Of a DNA stretch of 64,000 nucleotides, positions 27,079 through 39,500 are shown one piece after another. Position 1 is the stretch's first letter, and every line of letters starts with the position of its first letter. The position numbers and the translations under genes were made by a program. The DNA comes from Leucoraja erinacea (taxonomy: Eukaryota), in the NCBI RefSeq assembly GCF_028641065.1, contig NC_073385.1, positions 23,312,001-23,376,000 of the forward strand. The letters run 5' to 3'. Under the pieces are notes generated by a model. That model worked only from the letters and a program-made list of their open reading frames with translations, had not been told where the DNA came from and ran no database searches.

Positions 27079-27484
27079 TATAAATTAGATAATTTTCTAA
27101 AACTATAATTGGTTTTCATAGCAAATTTTGAAAGCAAATCAAAAGTAAACTTGAATTTGTTAACATGCTATCTAACATGATATGAAAAACAGCTGGTTCC
27201 CACAATAACAGATAAAAAAAGAATAAAGTAACACAAAATTACATTGCCAAATTTGTTTCAAGAGATATTGCGCATTTTCTTTTCAGCATTGTCGAAGTTT
27301 TGCAAGACCAATTCTATAAAAGCTTATGATGATGCAGGAGTCAAATTTAACTCCCACTACGAAGAAAGAAAAGAGAAATAAGTCAATTTATCTGCCTAAG
27401 GGTGGATAAATCTCATTGTGCAAAATCTAATCTTCACTGATTATCAAGAGGGCATATGTTCTTGCTGCATTTGAATGAAGATCT

Positions 27485-29290
27485 AATTCCCCTGATGGTC
27501 TGAATCCCAGGGTACTGTAGGAGGTGGCTCTAGAAATCATGTACGCAATGGTGATAATTTTCCAATGTTCTATAGATTCAGGATCCTGTGGATTGGGAGG
27601 TAGCTAATATTATCCCACTTTTCAAGAAAGGAGGGAGAGAGAAAGCTGGGAATTATAGACCAGTGAGCCTGACATCAGTGGTGGGGAAGATGCTGGAGTC
27701 GATGATCAAAGGTAATAGCGGCGCATTTGGATAGCAGTAACAGGATCGGTCCAGGTCAGCATAGATTTATGAAGGGGAAATCATGCTCATCTAATCTTCT
27801 GGTATTTTTTGAGGATATAACAAGTAAAATGGATGAGCCAGTGGATGATGTGTACCTGTACTTTCAGAAAGCCTTTGTTAAGGTCCCACCCAGGAGATTT
27901 GTGGACAAAATTAGAGCACATGGTATGAGGGTAGGATATTGATATGGATAGAAAATTGGTTGGCAGACTGGAAACAAAGAGTAGGGATTAACGGGTCCCT
28001 TTCACAATGGCAGGCAATGACTAGTGGGGTGCCACAAGGCCCAGTGCTGGGACCGCAGCTATTTTCAATATAAATTAATGATTTTGATGAAGGAATTAAA
28101 AGTAACATTAGCAAATTTGCAGATTATACAAATCTGGGTGGAATGGTGAACTGTGACGAGTATGCTATGAGGATGCACAGTGATTTGGACAGGTTGGATG
28201 AGTGGGCAGTTGCTTGCCAGATGCAGTATAATGTGGATAAATGTGTGGATATCCGCTGGTGGCAAGAACGGAAAGGCAGTTTATTATCTGAATGGTATCA
28301 GGTTAGGAAAAGGGGAAGTACAACGAGACCCCTAGGTGTCCTTGTACATCAGTCACTGAAAGTAATGCCCCTGTCCCACTTAGGAAACCTGAACGGAAAC
28401 CTCTGGAGACTTTGCGCCTCACCCAAGGTTTCCGTGTGGTCCCAGAGGTTTTTGTCAATCTCCCTACCTGCTTCCACTACCTGCAACCTCCGGCAACTAC
28501 CTGCAATCTCCAGGAACCGCATGGAAACCTTGGGTGGGATGCAACGTCTCCAGAGGTTTCCGTTCAGGTTTCCTAAGTGGGACAGGGGCATAAGGATGCA
28601 GGTACAACAGGCAGTGAAGAAAGCTAATGGCATGTCGGCCTTCATAACAAGAGGAGTTGAATATAGGAGCAAAGAGGTCCTTCTGCTGTTGTACGGGGCC
28701 CTGGTGAGACCACACCTGGAGCATTGTGTGCAGTTTTGGTCTCCTCATTTGAGGAAGGAAATTCTTGCTATTGAGGGAGTACAGGGTAGGTTCACGAGGT
28801 TAATTTCCGGGATGGCGGGACTATCATACGATGAAAGCATGGAGCTACTGGGCTTGTATTCACTGGAATTTAGAGGGATGAGAGGATATCTTATAGAAAC
28901 ATATAAAATTATTAAGGGATTGGACATGCTAGAGGCAGGAAACATGTTCCCGATATTGGGGAAGTCCAATATTGGGGAACCAAGGGACACAGTTTAAGTA
29001 TAAAGGGTAGGCCAATTAAAACTGAGATGAGGAAAAACTTTTTCACACAGAGAGTTGTGAATTTGTGGAATTCTCTGCCTCAGAAGGCAGTGGAGGCCGA
29101 TTCACCAGGTGCATTCAAAAGAGAGTTAGATAGAGCTCGTAGGATTAGCAGAATCAAAGGGTATTGGGAGAAGGCAGGAACGGGGTACCGATTGTGGATG
29201 ATCAGCCATGATCATATTGAATGGCAGTGCTGGCTCGAAGGGCCGAATGGCCCACTCCTGCAGCTATTGTATATGAATCTATGTATCTAA
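27485..29290 (+). mobile_element. 5'-truncated CR1 LINE (RT region to 3' end)
   Basis: Frameshifted RT motifs NYRPVSLTSVVGK, GVPQG, SKFAD; CR1 tail. Confidence 0.92.
28366..28590. mobile_element. 225-bp PIF/Harbinger MITE in CR1
   Basis: Perfect 45-bp TIRs; TAA TSD (28363-28365 and 28591-28593); empty site seen in the sister CR1 near 32870. Confidence 0.93.
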
Positions 29291-29546
29291 GCAATTCCAA
29301 TCCAATTCTAATTGAACTTTGTTCATTTTTTTAACGTAAAGAAGTAAATTGTTATCATTAGGTAAATATTGCACAATATATCAGATGCATCATTAAAACA
29401 TCTTAAAGATATCATATCTATTCATAACATCCTTATTTCCATTAAATTGTGAATACTTCAACGTGAATCTTGGCGTTGTTATCAGGAACCAGTGTTTGGC
29501 CAAAATCTTTAGTTACTTTATATAAAGTTGACTGGAAATAACTCAC

Positions 29547-29762
29547 GGTGATCTGATTCAATGCTGAACCTTTAGATATAGAAAGTAATGTTGTTTCTTC
29601 CAGGCTTAGGATTTTTGGTTTTTGCTTCACAAGAGGTTCCATTCTCAGAATGTCATCATCAAGTGCCATGGAATGCTGTGTTATCATTATCTCTGCTTTA
29701 CTGCACTTCCTTTGAGATGTTTTATTTTCAGAAAAAGCAGAATAAAATTTCTGCTGATCATT
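29547..29762 (-). CDS. LRRC9: LRRC9 coding exon, NDQQKFYSAF...LDDDILRMEPLVKQKPKILSLEETTLLSISKGSALNQIT
   Basis: tag acceptor, ACC|gtgagt donor, 216 nt, phase 0 to 0. Confidence 0.9.
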
Positions 29763-30154
29763 CTATATAAAATATAATTTGTATGAAATATTGATTAAAC
29801 ACACACAGTTAAATATTCTACTAAATGTCTCATCTATTAGTATTTTGTATTCATTTATTTCATACAAGAATGAGGATAAATGAATAAGTTATTGACTAAA
29901 TAAGCCTTAACATAACTCTTTGCATTTTGGAGTTACAGAATAATGAAAGTCAATATAATGCAAGGTCACTATTCTTTCCTGCATATCCATGCCATACTTT
30001 TAGAACAATCTAGTCTAAACCTAATTTTCAATCCTTACCTTTACAGGTCTTGGCACTTCAAGAACTTTTTAAATGCAATGAGATTTCTGGTTCAAATGAA
30101 CAACAGATCATAATGCCTTCTGGGAGAAACAAATCTCGAAACAAATTCAAGCAG

Positions 30155-30335
30155 CATAGTGCTCCATCTGGTTGAGCTGCTGCCTCATAGTGCCAGAAAC
30201 CTTGGTTAGATCCTGACCTCCGGTGCTGTCATGTGGAGTTTGCACATTCACCCTGTGACCACTTGGGTGGCCTGCAGGTGCTCTGATCACCTCCCATATC
30301 TAAAGATGTGCGTGTTTGTAGGTTAGCATTGTAGG
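30155..30335 (+). mobile_element. V-SINE (HE1-like), diverged
   Basis: Similar to 23320-23582. Confidence 0.7.
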
Positions 30336-30830
30336 TTGCTACACGTGTGGGTTTAAACTAAATAGTGGGGGGGGGAGGGGTTGACAAATTGAGAGTATGA
30401 AGATGGAGTTAAAGAGGAAGTGAGTACAGGAAAAGTTACAAAAGACTCCAGAATTAATGGGAAGGAAAGTTCAAGAAGGGATAAGAGAGGAAGGCCAGGA
30501 CCAATAGTGTGAGAGAGGAGGTGAATACCGAAGATAAAGTGTTGTATATGAATGTGCGAAGTATAAGAAATAAAGTGGATGAGCTTGAGGCTCAGTTAGA
30601 AAGTGGCAAGTATGATGTTGTGGTAATTACAGAGTCATGGCTGCAAGAGGGCCAGGGTTGGGAACGGAATATTCAAGGGTATACGTCCTATCGAAAAGAC
30701 AGACAGGCAGGTGCACAGAGGGGGTGAGGTAGCTCTGTTGGTGAGGAATAAAATTCAGTCCCTTGCGAGGGGTGACATAGAATTAGGAGATCTAGAGTCA
30801 TTGAGGATAGAACTGAGAAATTGTAAGGGT

Positions 30831-30963
30831 CTTCTTTCGTGTGGCGTGCACAGCCTAAAGTTGTTGGACAACTTGTTCTATTTGATCTTCCGTTTGTGCA
30901 CGTCGAGTTAATTGCATTAGTCGAAACAGGGTGGACCACGTGAAGGTTGCAATCTTCCACCCC
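30831..30963 (-). mobile_element. 133-bp ribozyme-headed SINE-like insertion inside a CR1 LINE
   Basis: 11-bp TSD attgtaagggt (30820-30830 and 30964-30974); GAAAGAAG tail; interrupts the CR1 endonuclease frame. Confidence 0.88.
30910..30963 (-). ncRNA. Minimal HDV/CPEB3-like self-cleaving ribozyme (predicted)
   Basis: GGGGUGG-AAG-AUUGCA-ACC-UUCACGU-GGU-CCACCCU-GU-UUCGA-CUAA-UGCAAU: 7-bp P1 with G1.U wobble, 6-bp P2, 3-bp P3, 7-nt L3, J4/2 CUAA. Confidence 0.88.
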
Positions 30964-33689
30964 ATTGTAAGGGTAAAAAGACCCTTATGGAAGTTATCTA
31001 CAGGACGCTAAACAGTAGCCTGGAGATAGGGTGCAAGTTGCATCACGAGTTAAAATTAGCACGTAACAAAGGTAATGCTACGGTGGTTATGGGAGATTTC
31101 AACATGCAGGTGGACTGGGAAAATCAAGTTGGTACTGGACCCCAAGAAAGGGAGTTTGTGGAGTGCCTCTGTGATGGATTCTTACAGCAGCTTGTACTCG
31201 AGCCTACAAGGGAGAAGGCAATTCGGGATTTAGTGTTGTGCAATGAACCAGATTTGATAAGGGAACTCGAGGTAAAGGAGCCATTAGGAGGCAGTGACCA
31301 TAATATGATAAGTTTTAATCTACAATTTGAGAGGGAGAAGGGAAAATCGGAAGTGTCAGTATTACAATTGAACATAGGCGACTATGGAGCCATGAAGGAG
31401 GAGCTGGCCAAAGTTGACTGGAAAGATACCCCAGCAGGGATGACAGTGGAACAACAATGGCAGGTATTTCTGGGAATAATAAAGAAGGTGCAGGATCAGT
31501 TCATTCCAAAGAGGAAGAAAATTCCAAGGGGAGTAAGGTGCGATCGTGGCTGACAAGGGAAGTCAGGGACAGTATAAAAAGAAAAGAAAAGAAGTATAAC
31601 ATAGCAAAGATAAGCGGGAAGCCAGAGGCTTGGAGAACTTTTAAAGAGTAACAGAAGATAACTAAAAAGGCAATACAGGGAGAAAAGATGAGGTACGAAG
31701 GGAAGCTAGCCAAGAATATAAAGGAGGATAGTAAAAGCTTCTTTAGGTATGTGAAGAGGAAAACATTAGTTAAGACCAAAGTTGGACCCTTGAAGACTGA
31801 AACGGGTGAATTTATTATGGGGAACAAGGAAATGGCAGGCGAGTTGAACAGGTACTTTGGATCCGTCTTCACTAAGGAAGAGGCAAACAATATCCCTGAT
31901 GTACTAGTGGCCGGAGGATCTAGGATAACGGAGGAACTGAAGGAAATTCACAATAGGCAGGAAATAGTGTTGGCCAGACTGAGGGGACTGAAGGCTGATA
32001 AATCCCCAGGGCCTGATGGTCTGCATCCCAGGGTACTTAAGGAAGCGGCTCTAGAAATCGTTGGCACATTGGTGATAATTTTCCAATGTTCTATAGATTC
32101 AGGATTAGTTCCTGTGGATTGGAGGGTAGCTAATAATATCCCACTTTTTAAGAAATCTGCAAATTATAGATCAGTTAGCCTGACATCGGTGGTGGGGAAG
32201 ATGCTGGAATCAATTATAAAAGATGAAATAGCGGCACATTTGGATAGCAGTAACAGGATCGGTCCGAGTCAGCACGAAGGGGAAATCATGCATAACTAAT
32301 CTTCTGGAATTTTTTGAGGATGTAACTAGGAAAATGGACAAGGGAAAGCCAATGGATGTAGTGTACCTGGACTTTCAGAAAGCATTTGATAAGGTCCCAC
32401 ATAGGAGATTAGTGGGGAAAATTAGAACACACGGTATTAGGGGTAGGGTACTGACATGGATAGAAAATTGGTTGGCAGACAGGAAATAAAGAGTTGGGAT
32501 AAACTGGTCCCTTTCAGAATGGCAGGCAGTGATTAGTGGGGTACTGCAAGGCTCGGTGCTGGGACCGCAGCTATTTACAATGTACATTAATGATTTAGAT
32601 GACGGGATTAAAAGTAACATTAGCAAATTTGCAGATGGCACAAAGCTGGGTGGCAGTGTGAACTGTGAGGAGGATGCTATGAAGTCGCAGGGTGACTTGG
32701 ACAGGTTGGGTGAGTGGACAGATGCATGGCAGATGCAGTTTAATGTGGATAAATGTTATCCACTTTGGTATAAAAAACAGGAAGGCAGATTATTATCTGA
32801 ATGGTGTCAAGTTGGGAAAAGAGGAAGTACAACGAGATACTGGGGGTCCTTGTTCATCAGTCACTGAAAGTAAGCATGCAGGTACAGCAGGCAGTGAAGA
32901 AAGCAAATGGCCTGCTGGCCTTCATAACAAGAGAAGTTGTGTTTAGGAGCAAAGAGGTCCTTCTGCAGTTGTACAGGGCCCTGTATTTGAGGAAGGACAT
33001 TCTTACTATTGAGGGAGTGCAGTGTAGGTTCACAAGGTTAATTCCTGGTGAGACTGTCATATGCTGAAAGAATGGAGCGGCTGGGCGTGTATACTCTGGA
33101 ATTTAGAAGGATGAGAGGCAATCATATTGAAACATATAAGATTATTAAGGGTTTGGACACGCTAGAGGCAGGAAACATGTCCCCGATGTTGTGGCAGTCC
33201 AGAACCAGACACCACAATTTATGAATAAGGGGTAAGCCATTTAGAACGGTGATGAGGAAAAACTTTTTCACACAAAGGGTTGTGAATCTGTGGAATTCTC
33301 TGCCTCAGAAGGCAGTGGAAGCCGATTCTCTGGATTCTTTCAAGAGACAGTTAGATAGAGCTCTTAAAGATCGCGGAGTCAGGGGATATGGCGAGATGGC
33401 AGGAACGGGGTACTGATTGTGGATGATCAGCCATAGCCTCGAAGGGCCGAATGGCCTACCCCTGCACCTATTTTCTTTTGTTAATAAGCTTCTGTAAAAT
33501 TGCAGGGTACAGGGAGTCAATGAGAAAATATAGAACTAATGTGAATGGGTGATCAGTGGTCGGCATGGACATGGTAGGCTGAAGGACTGTTTCCACCTCA
33601 AGGCCTGTTTCCATGCTGCATTTCTAAAATGAACTAAACTAAACTAATCTAACCTGTGATCCCTCAATCAATTATCTAAATCTATGCCT

Positions 33690-34230
33690 CATGGTTAGTA
33701 AATTGGTCTTTCTAGCCTCACCAATATCTTATACAACTGTAACATAACATGCCTACTTCTACACTCAATACCCTGACTGATGAAGCTCAATGTGCTGAAC
33801 GCCTTCTTGACCACCCTATCTACGTGTGATGCCGCTTACCTGAACTCCTAGATCCCTCTACAATACCCCTCAGGGCCCTGACTTTCACAGAGAAGGTCCT
33901 ACCCTGGTTAGACTTCCCAAAATACAACATCACACACTTATCTTCATTAACCATGCCTCAGCTCACTTGCCCAGCTGATTAAGTTCCTTCTGTAATTTTT
34001 GATAATTATCTTTGCTATCTACAATATCACCCACTTGTTCATCTGAAAACATACTAATCATGCCTTGTACATTCTCATCCAAACCATTGATATAAACCCC
34101 AAACAGCAATGGGCCCAACACCAATCCCTGAGGCATACCACTGGCCACAGGCCTCCAGTCCAAAAAAAACCCTCCACCATCTTCATTCCATGAAGCCATT
34201 TTTTATCCAGTCGGCTATCTTTCCCTGAAT
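33690..34230 (-). mobile_element. Old CR1 RT fragment
   Basis: WRPVASGMPQGLVLGPLLF in ORF 33963..34199. Confidence 0.8.
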
Positions 34231-34995
34231 TTAGAAATAATAATTGCCTTAAATATTTTTCAAATTAATGTTTAAAGAAAAGCGAATGTAAAGCTTTTAT
34301 ACGTTCACTTCAATCACTGAAATAACAACAATTTTATCCTCTTATCTTGCGGTGATGAAGATTCCAATCTCATGCCAAGACCAGCTGGTGTTGAATCAGA
34401 GAAATAGATTTCCCTGCAATTAGCAGTGGAATCCCATGACAATCTGGCTCTAGTTGGACTACATGTAGAGTCCAGTGATGGAGTAGAGATGACACCACAG
34501 GATTGAAATGTTTCTTTAGAAGTTAATGACATATTCTGATCTGCCGTGAAACACCAGAGGATCTACCACAGCCAGCATGGTTTGTCCAATTATTGCTGCA
34601 AAAGTTAGTCACATTTTTTAAACTAAGAAGGGCAGACAAAATATTGATCAGTTTCTTATATTCTCAAAGATTTCTATTTCTCTATTGATGAGAATGGAAT
34701 TTGAGGCTAGAATATGTTAATAGTATCGTAATGATTATGTTCAATAAGTACAACATAATAGATATTTTAACAAAATTGTCAATTTTGTAGAAAAAAATGG
34801 CACATCGAACACAAGGAGGATAGTACTGCAAATGGTTGTCGTCAGACGGGTCATAAATATACAATGGTATTTTCCTGGGATCAGAATTGTCATCACTGCT
34901 TTCCTCATGTATTGATGATCTTAACAAGGAATCCTATAGGTAGTTGGGTCACATGCCTTATTTGTATTAATAAAATTCAAATCAGAAAATAATTA

Positions 34996-35250
<255 letters not shown>

Positions 35251-35415
35251 TTACAAATTTTGATTGTTTTATAGTAATTATTTACAAACACAATACACAG
35301 GTTAAAAAACCGAGGGACCTCATCATGGCAATTTATTTACACTGCAGTTTATGGATGTGCACTGTAAAAAAATGACTGTCTTAAGTGTGCAAAAAGAAGT
35401 GACTAGGAGATATAA

Positions 35416-36283
35416 TCTATACATAACTAAAACTGATCTTGTTATTTTCCAGTTTGGCGGTGTTTCTATTTGCGCAAAACGGTTCGCGATAGCGCTATGA
35501 TTAGTCACCAGTTCACTTACCCTTCTCCTGTGCTGTGAGTGCACCAAGTTTTGTTCCGATCAGTTGAATGTCGTAAAAGTTAGCGAGGTATGAAAATGTT
35601 ACAAACCGCGCGCGCGCAGATCGATCGCTTCTCCAGCTAATCAGCGCCACGCAGATTAGTCTCTTCCCCTGTCACTCCCCGGGATGGTCCGCCCCTTCCT
35701 GCACCATCGCATATTTACTGGAGCTGAGGATGGCCGGCGGAGGTTTCCAATCGGACTTTCAGAGGGACCCGAAGCAGCCCAGCCCAGCCCCAAGCAGCCC
35801 AACCTCGCTCCAAGCAGCCCCACTCCAAGCAGCCCAGCCCCTAGCATGCACCCCAGCCTCAAGCATGCAGCCCAGCCCCAAGCAGCCCAGCCCCAAGCAG
35901 CCCAGCGCCGGAGATCCTGCCCAGCACAGCCCAGCTTGGGAGACCCAGCCCAGCCCAGAGTTGGAGACCCGGCCCAGCCTGCAGTCAGAAATATCGCCAA
36001 ATGGAAAGTGGAGACTCAGGCGGTGGAGAACAACCTGCACCCGCTATGAGTCCCCATCGCACCGCTAATTCCAGCCACCACCCCTCTGGTCACCCTCGCT
36101 GGCTCTTTCCCCCCTCCTGTGATGCCCCCGCTCCCCCATGGATCTTCCCCACTTTTTTCGGAGCTCCTCCCCGCCCACACACCCCTTTCCCCCTCACAAC
36201 CTCCGCCCACACACCCCTCCCCCCCACAAGCCTAACTGCTGACACACCTCCCCGCCCCCACAACACCTCCTCCTCCACAAGCC
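35416..36283 (+). mobile_element. Non-autonomous Helitron-like element, 3' end missing, with GC-rich cccag repeats
   Basis: a|TCTATACATAACTAAAACTG start resembles the 5' end of the Helitron at 57947-59535; no hairpin-CTAG end found. Confidence 0.55.
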
Positions 36284-36296
36284 TTATTTATGTCTA

Positions 36297-36394
36297 AGGT
36301 AGACGAAAATGCTGGAGAAACTCAGCGGGTGAGGCAGCATCTATGGAGCTAAGGAATAGGTGACGTTTCGGGTCAAGACCCTTCCTCAGACTGA
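36297..36394 (-). mobile_element. Penelope-like terminal remnant with hammerhead-like core
   Basis: 13-bp TSD ttatttatgtcta; CTGAGGA-A-GGGT-CTTG-ACCC-GAAAC-GTC. Confidence 0.78.
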
Positions 36395-36409
36395 TTATTT
36401 ATGTCTAGG

Positions 36410-36835
36410 TCATTTATATATATCACAAACAGCAGAGATCCCAGCACAGTTCCGTGCAGAACTCCATGGGTCACAGACCTCCAGCCAGAATATCTACCTT
36501 CCACCACAACCTTGTCTTCTACGAATATGCCAGTTTAGACCAAGTCATCGTGAATCACATAAATCTTAGTCTACTGGATCAGCCTACCATGAGGGACCTT
36601 ATCAAAAGCCTTACTAAAATCCATGTATGCAATATCCACTGCCCTACTCTCATAGAGCATCTTTGTCACCTCCTTAAAAACCTTGATCAAGTAAGTGAGG
36701 CATGAGCCGTCAGGTACAAAGCCGTGCTGGCTATTCCTAATTAACCCATTCTCTTCAAAATGGGAGTAAATCTAATCTCAAAGAATTTTCTCCAATAGTT
36801 CCCCTACCACTGATGTAAGACTCACCAGCCTATAG
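36410..36835 (-). mobile_element. Old CR1 RT fragment
   Basis: Similar to the DFSKAFDKVPH region on the minus strand. Confidence 0.7.
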
Positions 36836-36869
36836 GATAAAGCTAGGATAACTAGAGTGTATTCTCTAT

Positions 36870-38845
36870 AGCAGGGGACCCCAGCTATTTACAATATATA
36901 TTAATGATCTGGATGAGGGAATTGAATGCAACATCTCCAAGTTTGCGGATGACACAAAGCTGGGGGGCAGTGTTAGCTGTGAGGAGGATGCTAGGAGGCT
37001 GCAAGGTGACTTGGATAGATTGGGTGAGTGGGCAAATGCAGTATGATGTGGATAAATGTGAGGTTATCCACTTTGGTGGCAAAAACAGGAAAGTAGACTA
37101 TTTTCTGAATGGTGGACGATTAGGAAAAGGGGAGATGCAATGAGACTTGGGTGTCATGGTACAACAGTCATTGAAAGTAGGAATGCAGGTGCAGCAGGCA
37201 TTGAAGAAAGCAAATGGTATGTTAGCATTCATAGCAAAAGGATTTAAGTATAAGAGCAGGGAGGTTCTACTGCAGTTGTACAGGGTCTTGGTGAGACCAC
37301 ACCTGGAGTATTGCGTACAGTTTTGGTCTCCTAATCCGAGGAAAGACGTTCTTGCCATAGAGGGAGTACAGAGAAGGTTCACCAGACTGATTCCTGGGAT
37401 GTCAGGACTTTCATATGAAGAAAGACTGGATAGACTCGGCTTGTACACGCTGGAATTCAGAAGATTAATAATAATAATAAATTTTATTTGCGGGCGCCTT
37501 TCAAAGTCTCAAGGACACCTTACAGAGATTAACAAGAGAGAAAAAGCATATAGTCGGAGTAAAATAAATAATAAGGACATCACCAATACACAAATTAAAG
37601 ACAGAAATCGCTCCAAGGACAAAAATTCAAAAACACAATGTGAAGAGAGAGCAGCGGCAGCTAAACCGCACCAGCGTCCACTCTCCCTTCACGGCAGCCA
37701 TCTTGGACACAGACTAACATATTAACTTACACACAAAAAAATCATTCCCCCACAATGGTTACCACTGTGGGGGAAGGCACAATGTCCAGTCCCCATCTCC
37801 AGTTCTCCCAAACTCAGGCCTATTGAGGCCACCGCTATTGCCTCTACGGAGGCCCGATGTACCTAGCCGTTCTGGCCGGGTGGTGTTGCCCCGGCGTCGG
37901 GCGAGTCCTCTCAGCGGCTGGGCCACCTGGAATGGCCGCTTCCTAACTGGGGACCGCAGCTTCCGAAGCCGACAAGGCCTCACCGGTTTGGAGCTCCCAG
38001 GCTCCCGAGGTTAGAGTCGGCGCCGCCCGCTCCGCTCCGCAGACCCGCAGCCCGGAGGTGTTGATCTCGGCGGTCACAGCTCACCGGAGCTCCAGCGCGC
38101 CGATCCAGCGCAGCGACCCAGGCAAGGCATCGCCCGCTCCGCTCCGCGATAGCGCTCCAGCGCTGTGCCGCCACCGAAGCCGAGGTGCTGGGCGGTCCCC
38201 GCCAGGAAACGGCGCTCCACACCCGCTGGTAGGCCACGAGGACCGGTCGACGGGGCAGCCCGGAGAAAAAGCTGCCTCACCGACCAGGTAGGGACCTAGA
38301 AATATTATTACCCCCTACCCCCCACATTAAAAAGTAATTTCTCCCACAGACAAGGCACAGGACTCACTAAAACTGCAAAAAAAATGAATTAAACGGACGG
38401 CTGCTGGTTAGCAGCCATTCCCCAAGATGGCTCCTCCTTGAGGGGGGGGATCTTATAGAAACTTACAAAATTCTTAAGGGGTTGGACAGGCAAGATGCAG
38501 GAAGATTATTCCCGATGTTGGGGAAGTCCAGAACTAGGGGTCCAGTTTAAGGATAAGAGGGAAGTCTTTTAGGACCGAGATGAGAAAATCAGTTTTTTAC
38601 ACAGAGAGTGGTGAATCTGTGGAATTCTCTGCATCAGAAGGTAGTTGAGGCCAGTTCATTGGCTATATTTAAGAGGGAGTTAGATGTGGCCCTTGTGGCT
38701 AAAGGGATCAGGGGGTATGGAGAGAAGGCAAGGATGGGATACTGAGTTGGATGATCAGCCATGATCATATCGAATGGCGGTGCAGGCTCGAAGGGCCAAA
38801 TGGCCTACTCCTGCACCTATTTTCTATGTTTCTATGTTTTTATGT
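36870..38845 (+). mobile_element. CR1 3' portion interrupted by a 970-bp element
   Basis: ORF 37147 CR1 peptide breaks at LEFRRL and resumes at about 38439. Confidence 0.9.
37466..38438 (-). mobile_element. Non-autonomous GC-rich retroposon with L2-like (ATT)n tail
   Basis: Second copy at 52151-53098 with the same 5' start; no coding homology recognised. Confidence 0.8.
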
Positions 38846-39359
38846 ATTGCTGGAATTGCATATGGCTCTTTGCTTTACTAACCGAGGCATTAATCAATTA
38901 CATTGTACTAAACTGTCATAAATATTTGATGTGACTTCAACTAGAATAACTCAATTGTTGTGTATAGTTCTGGTTAACACCTTTCATGAAGCCTATCTTG
39001 CCTTGTTGAGGTTGCATAAGAGATATACTATAAGGAGGAATGTGGGACTTCAATCACATAGCGAATCCCATTAACACAAAGAGATTTGTTGATGCCCTAA
39101 ATGATAAATGGTTTTGATTAGGAAGAATTGTTTCTATGACAAAAGGTCATGAACAAGATTATGCAAATTTAAGATTATTAACCAAACATACCAAGTTAAA
39201 AAAAAGTGTGTAATTGTGATCTGGAATCCATAGGCTGAAGCAAGGTGGGAGCAAATTCTCTAGTAACATTCAAAAGACTCTTGGATAAATAACTGGCAGG
39301 AACAAATTATAGGGACACAGAGCAATAAGTCATTTGGATACGTTTTCCAAACCTTGTAC

Positions 39360-39500
39360 CTTTGTCTATGGTAGATCTGCCATCCATCTTCTGCGGTCTA
39401 TAGACAGAATTTACGTGTGGGTACTTTAACCGTTGAACCTGGTCTGAATCATAGGCTTGAACACTATGACCAAGGAATACTTTGGCAATGATCAGCTGAC
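39360..39500 (-). CDS. LRRC9: LRRC9 coding exon, QLIIAKVFLGHSVQAYDSDQVQRLKYPHVNSVYRP...
   Basis: ttttag acceptor, AAG|gtacaa donor, 141 nt, phase 1 to 1; KVFLG.SVQA motif. Confidence 0.92.

Larger units (their letters stand above)
30340..33480 (+). mobile_element. CR1 LINE with nearly complete but disrupted ORF2 (APE endonuclease + RT)
   Basis: LYMNVRSIRNK, ITESWL, MGDFN, GSDHN, KSPGPDG, QGSVLGP, KFADG motifs; stops and frameshifts. Confidence 0.95.

Noticed and set aside
28143-28997. 284-aa ORF as a novel gene
   Set aside because: It is a CR1 ORF2 remnant with an in-frame MITE.
34314-34596. ORF 34314..34532 as an extra LRRC9 exon
   Set aside because: The best upstream acceptor gives early stops in all three phases, and the flanking exons already join in phase.
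35656-36297. Overlapping Pro/Ala/Gln-rich ORFs (also at 46858-47408, 52267-52801 and 57927-58468)
   Set aside because: Stop-poor GC-rich or low-complexity repeat interiors open in several frames at once; no recognisable domains.
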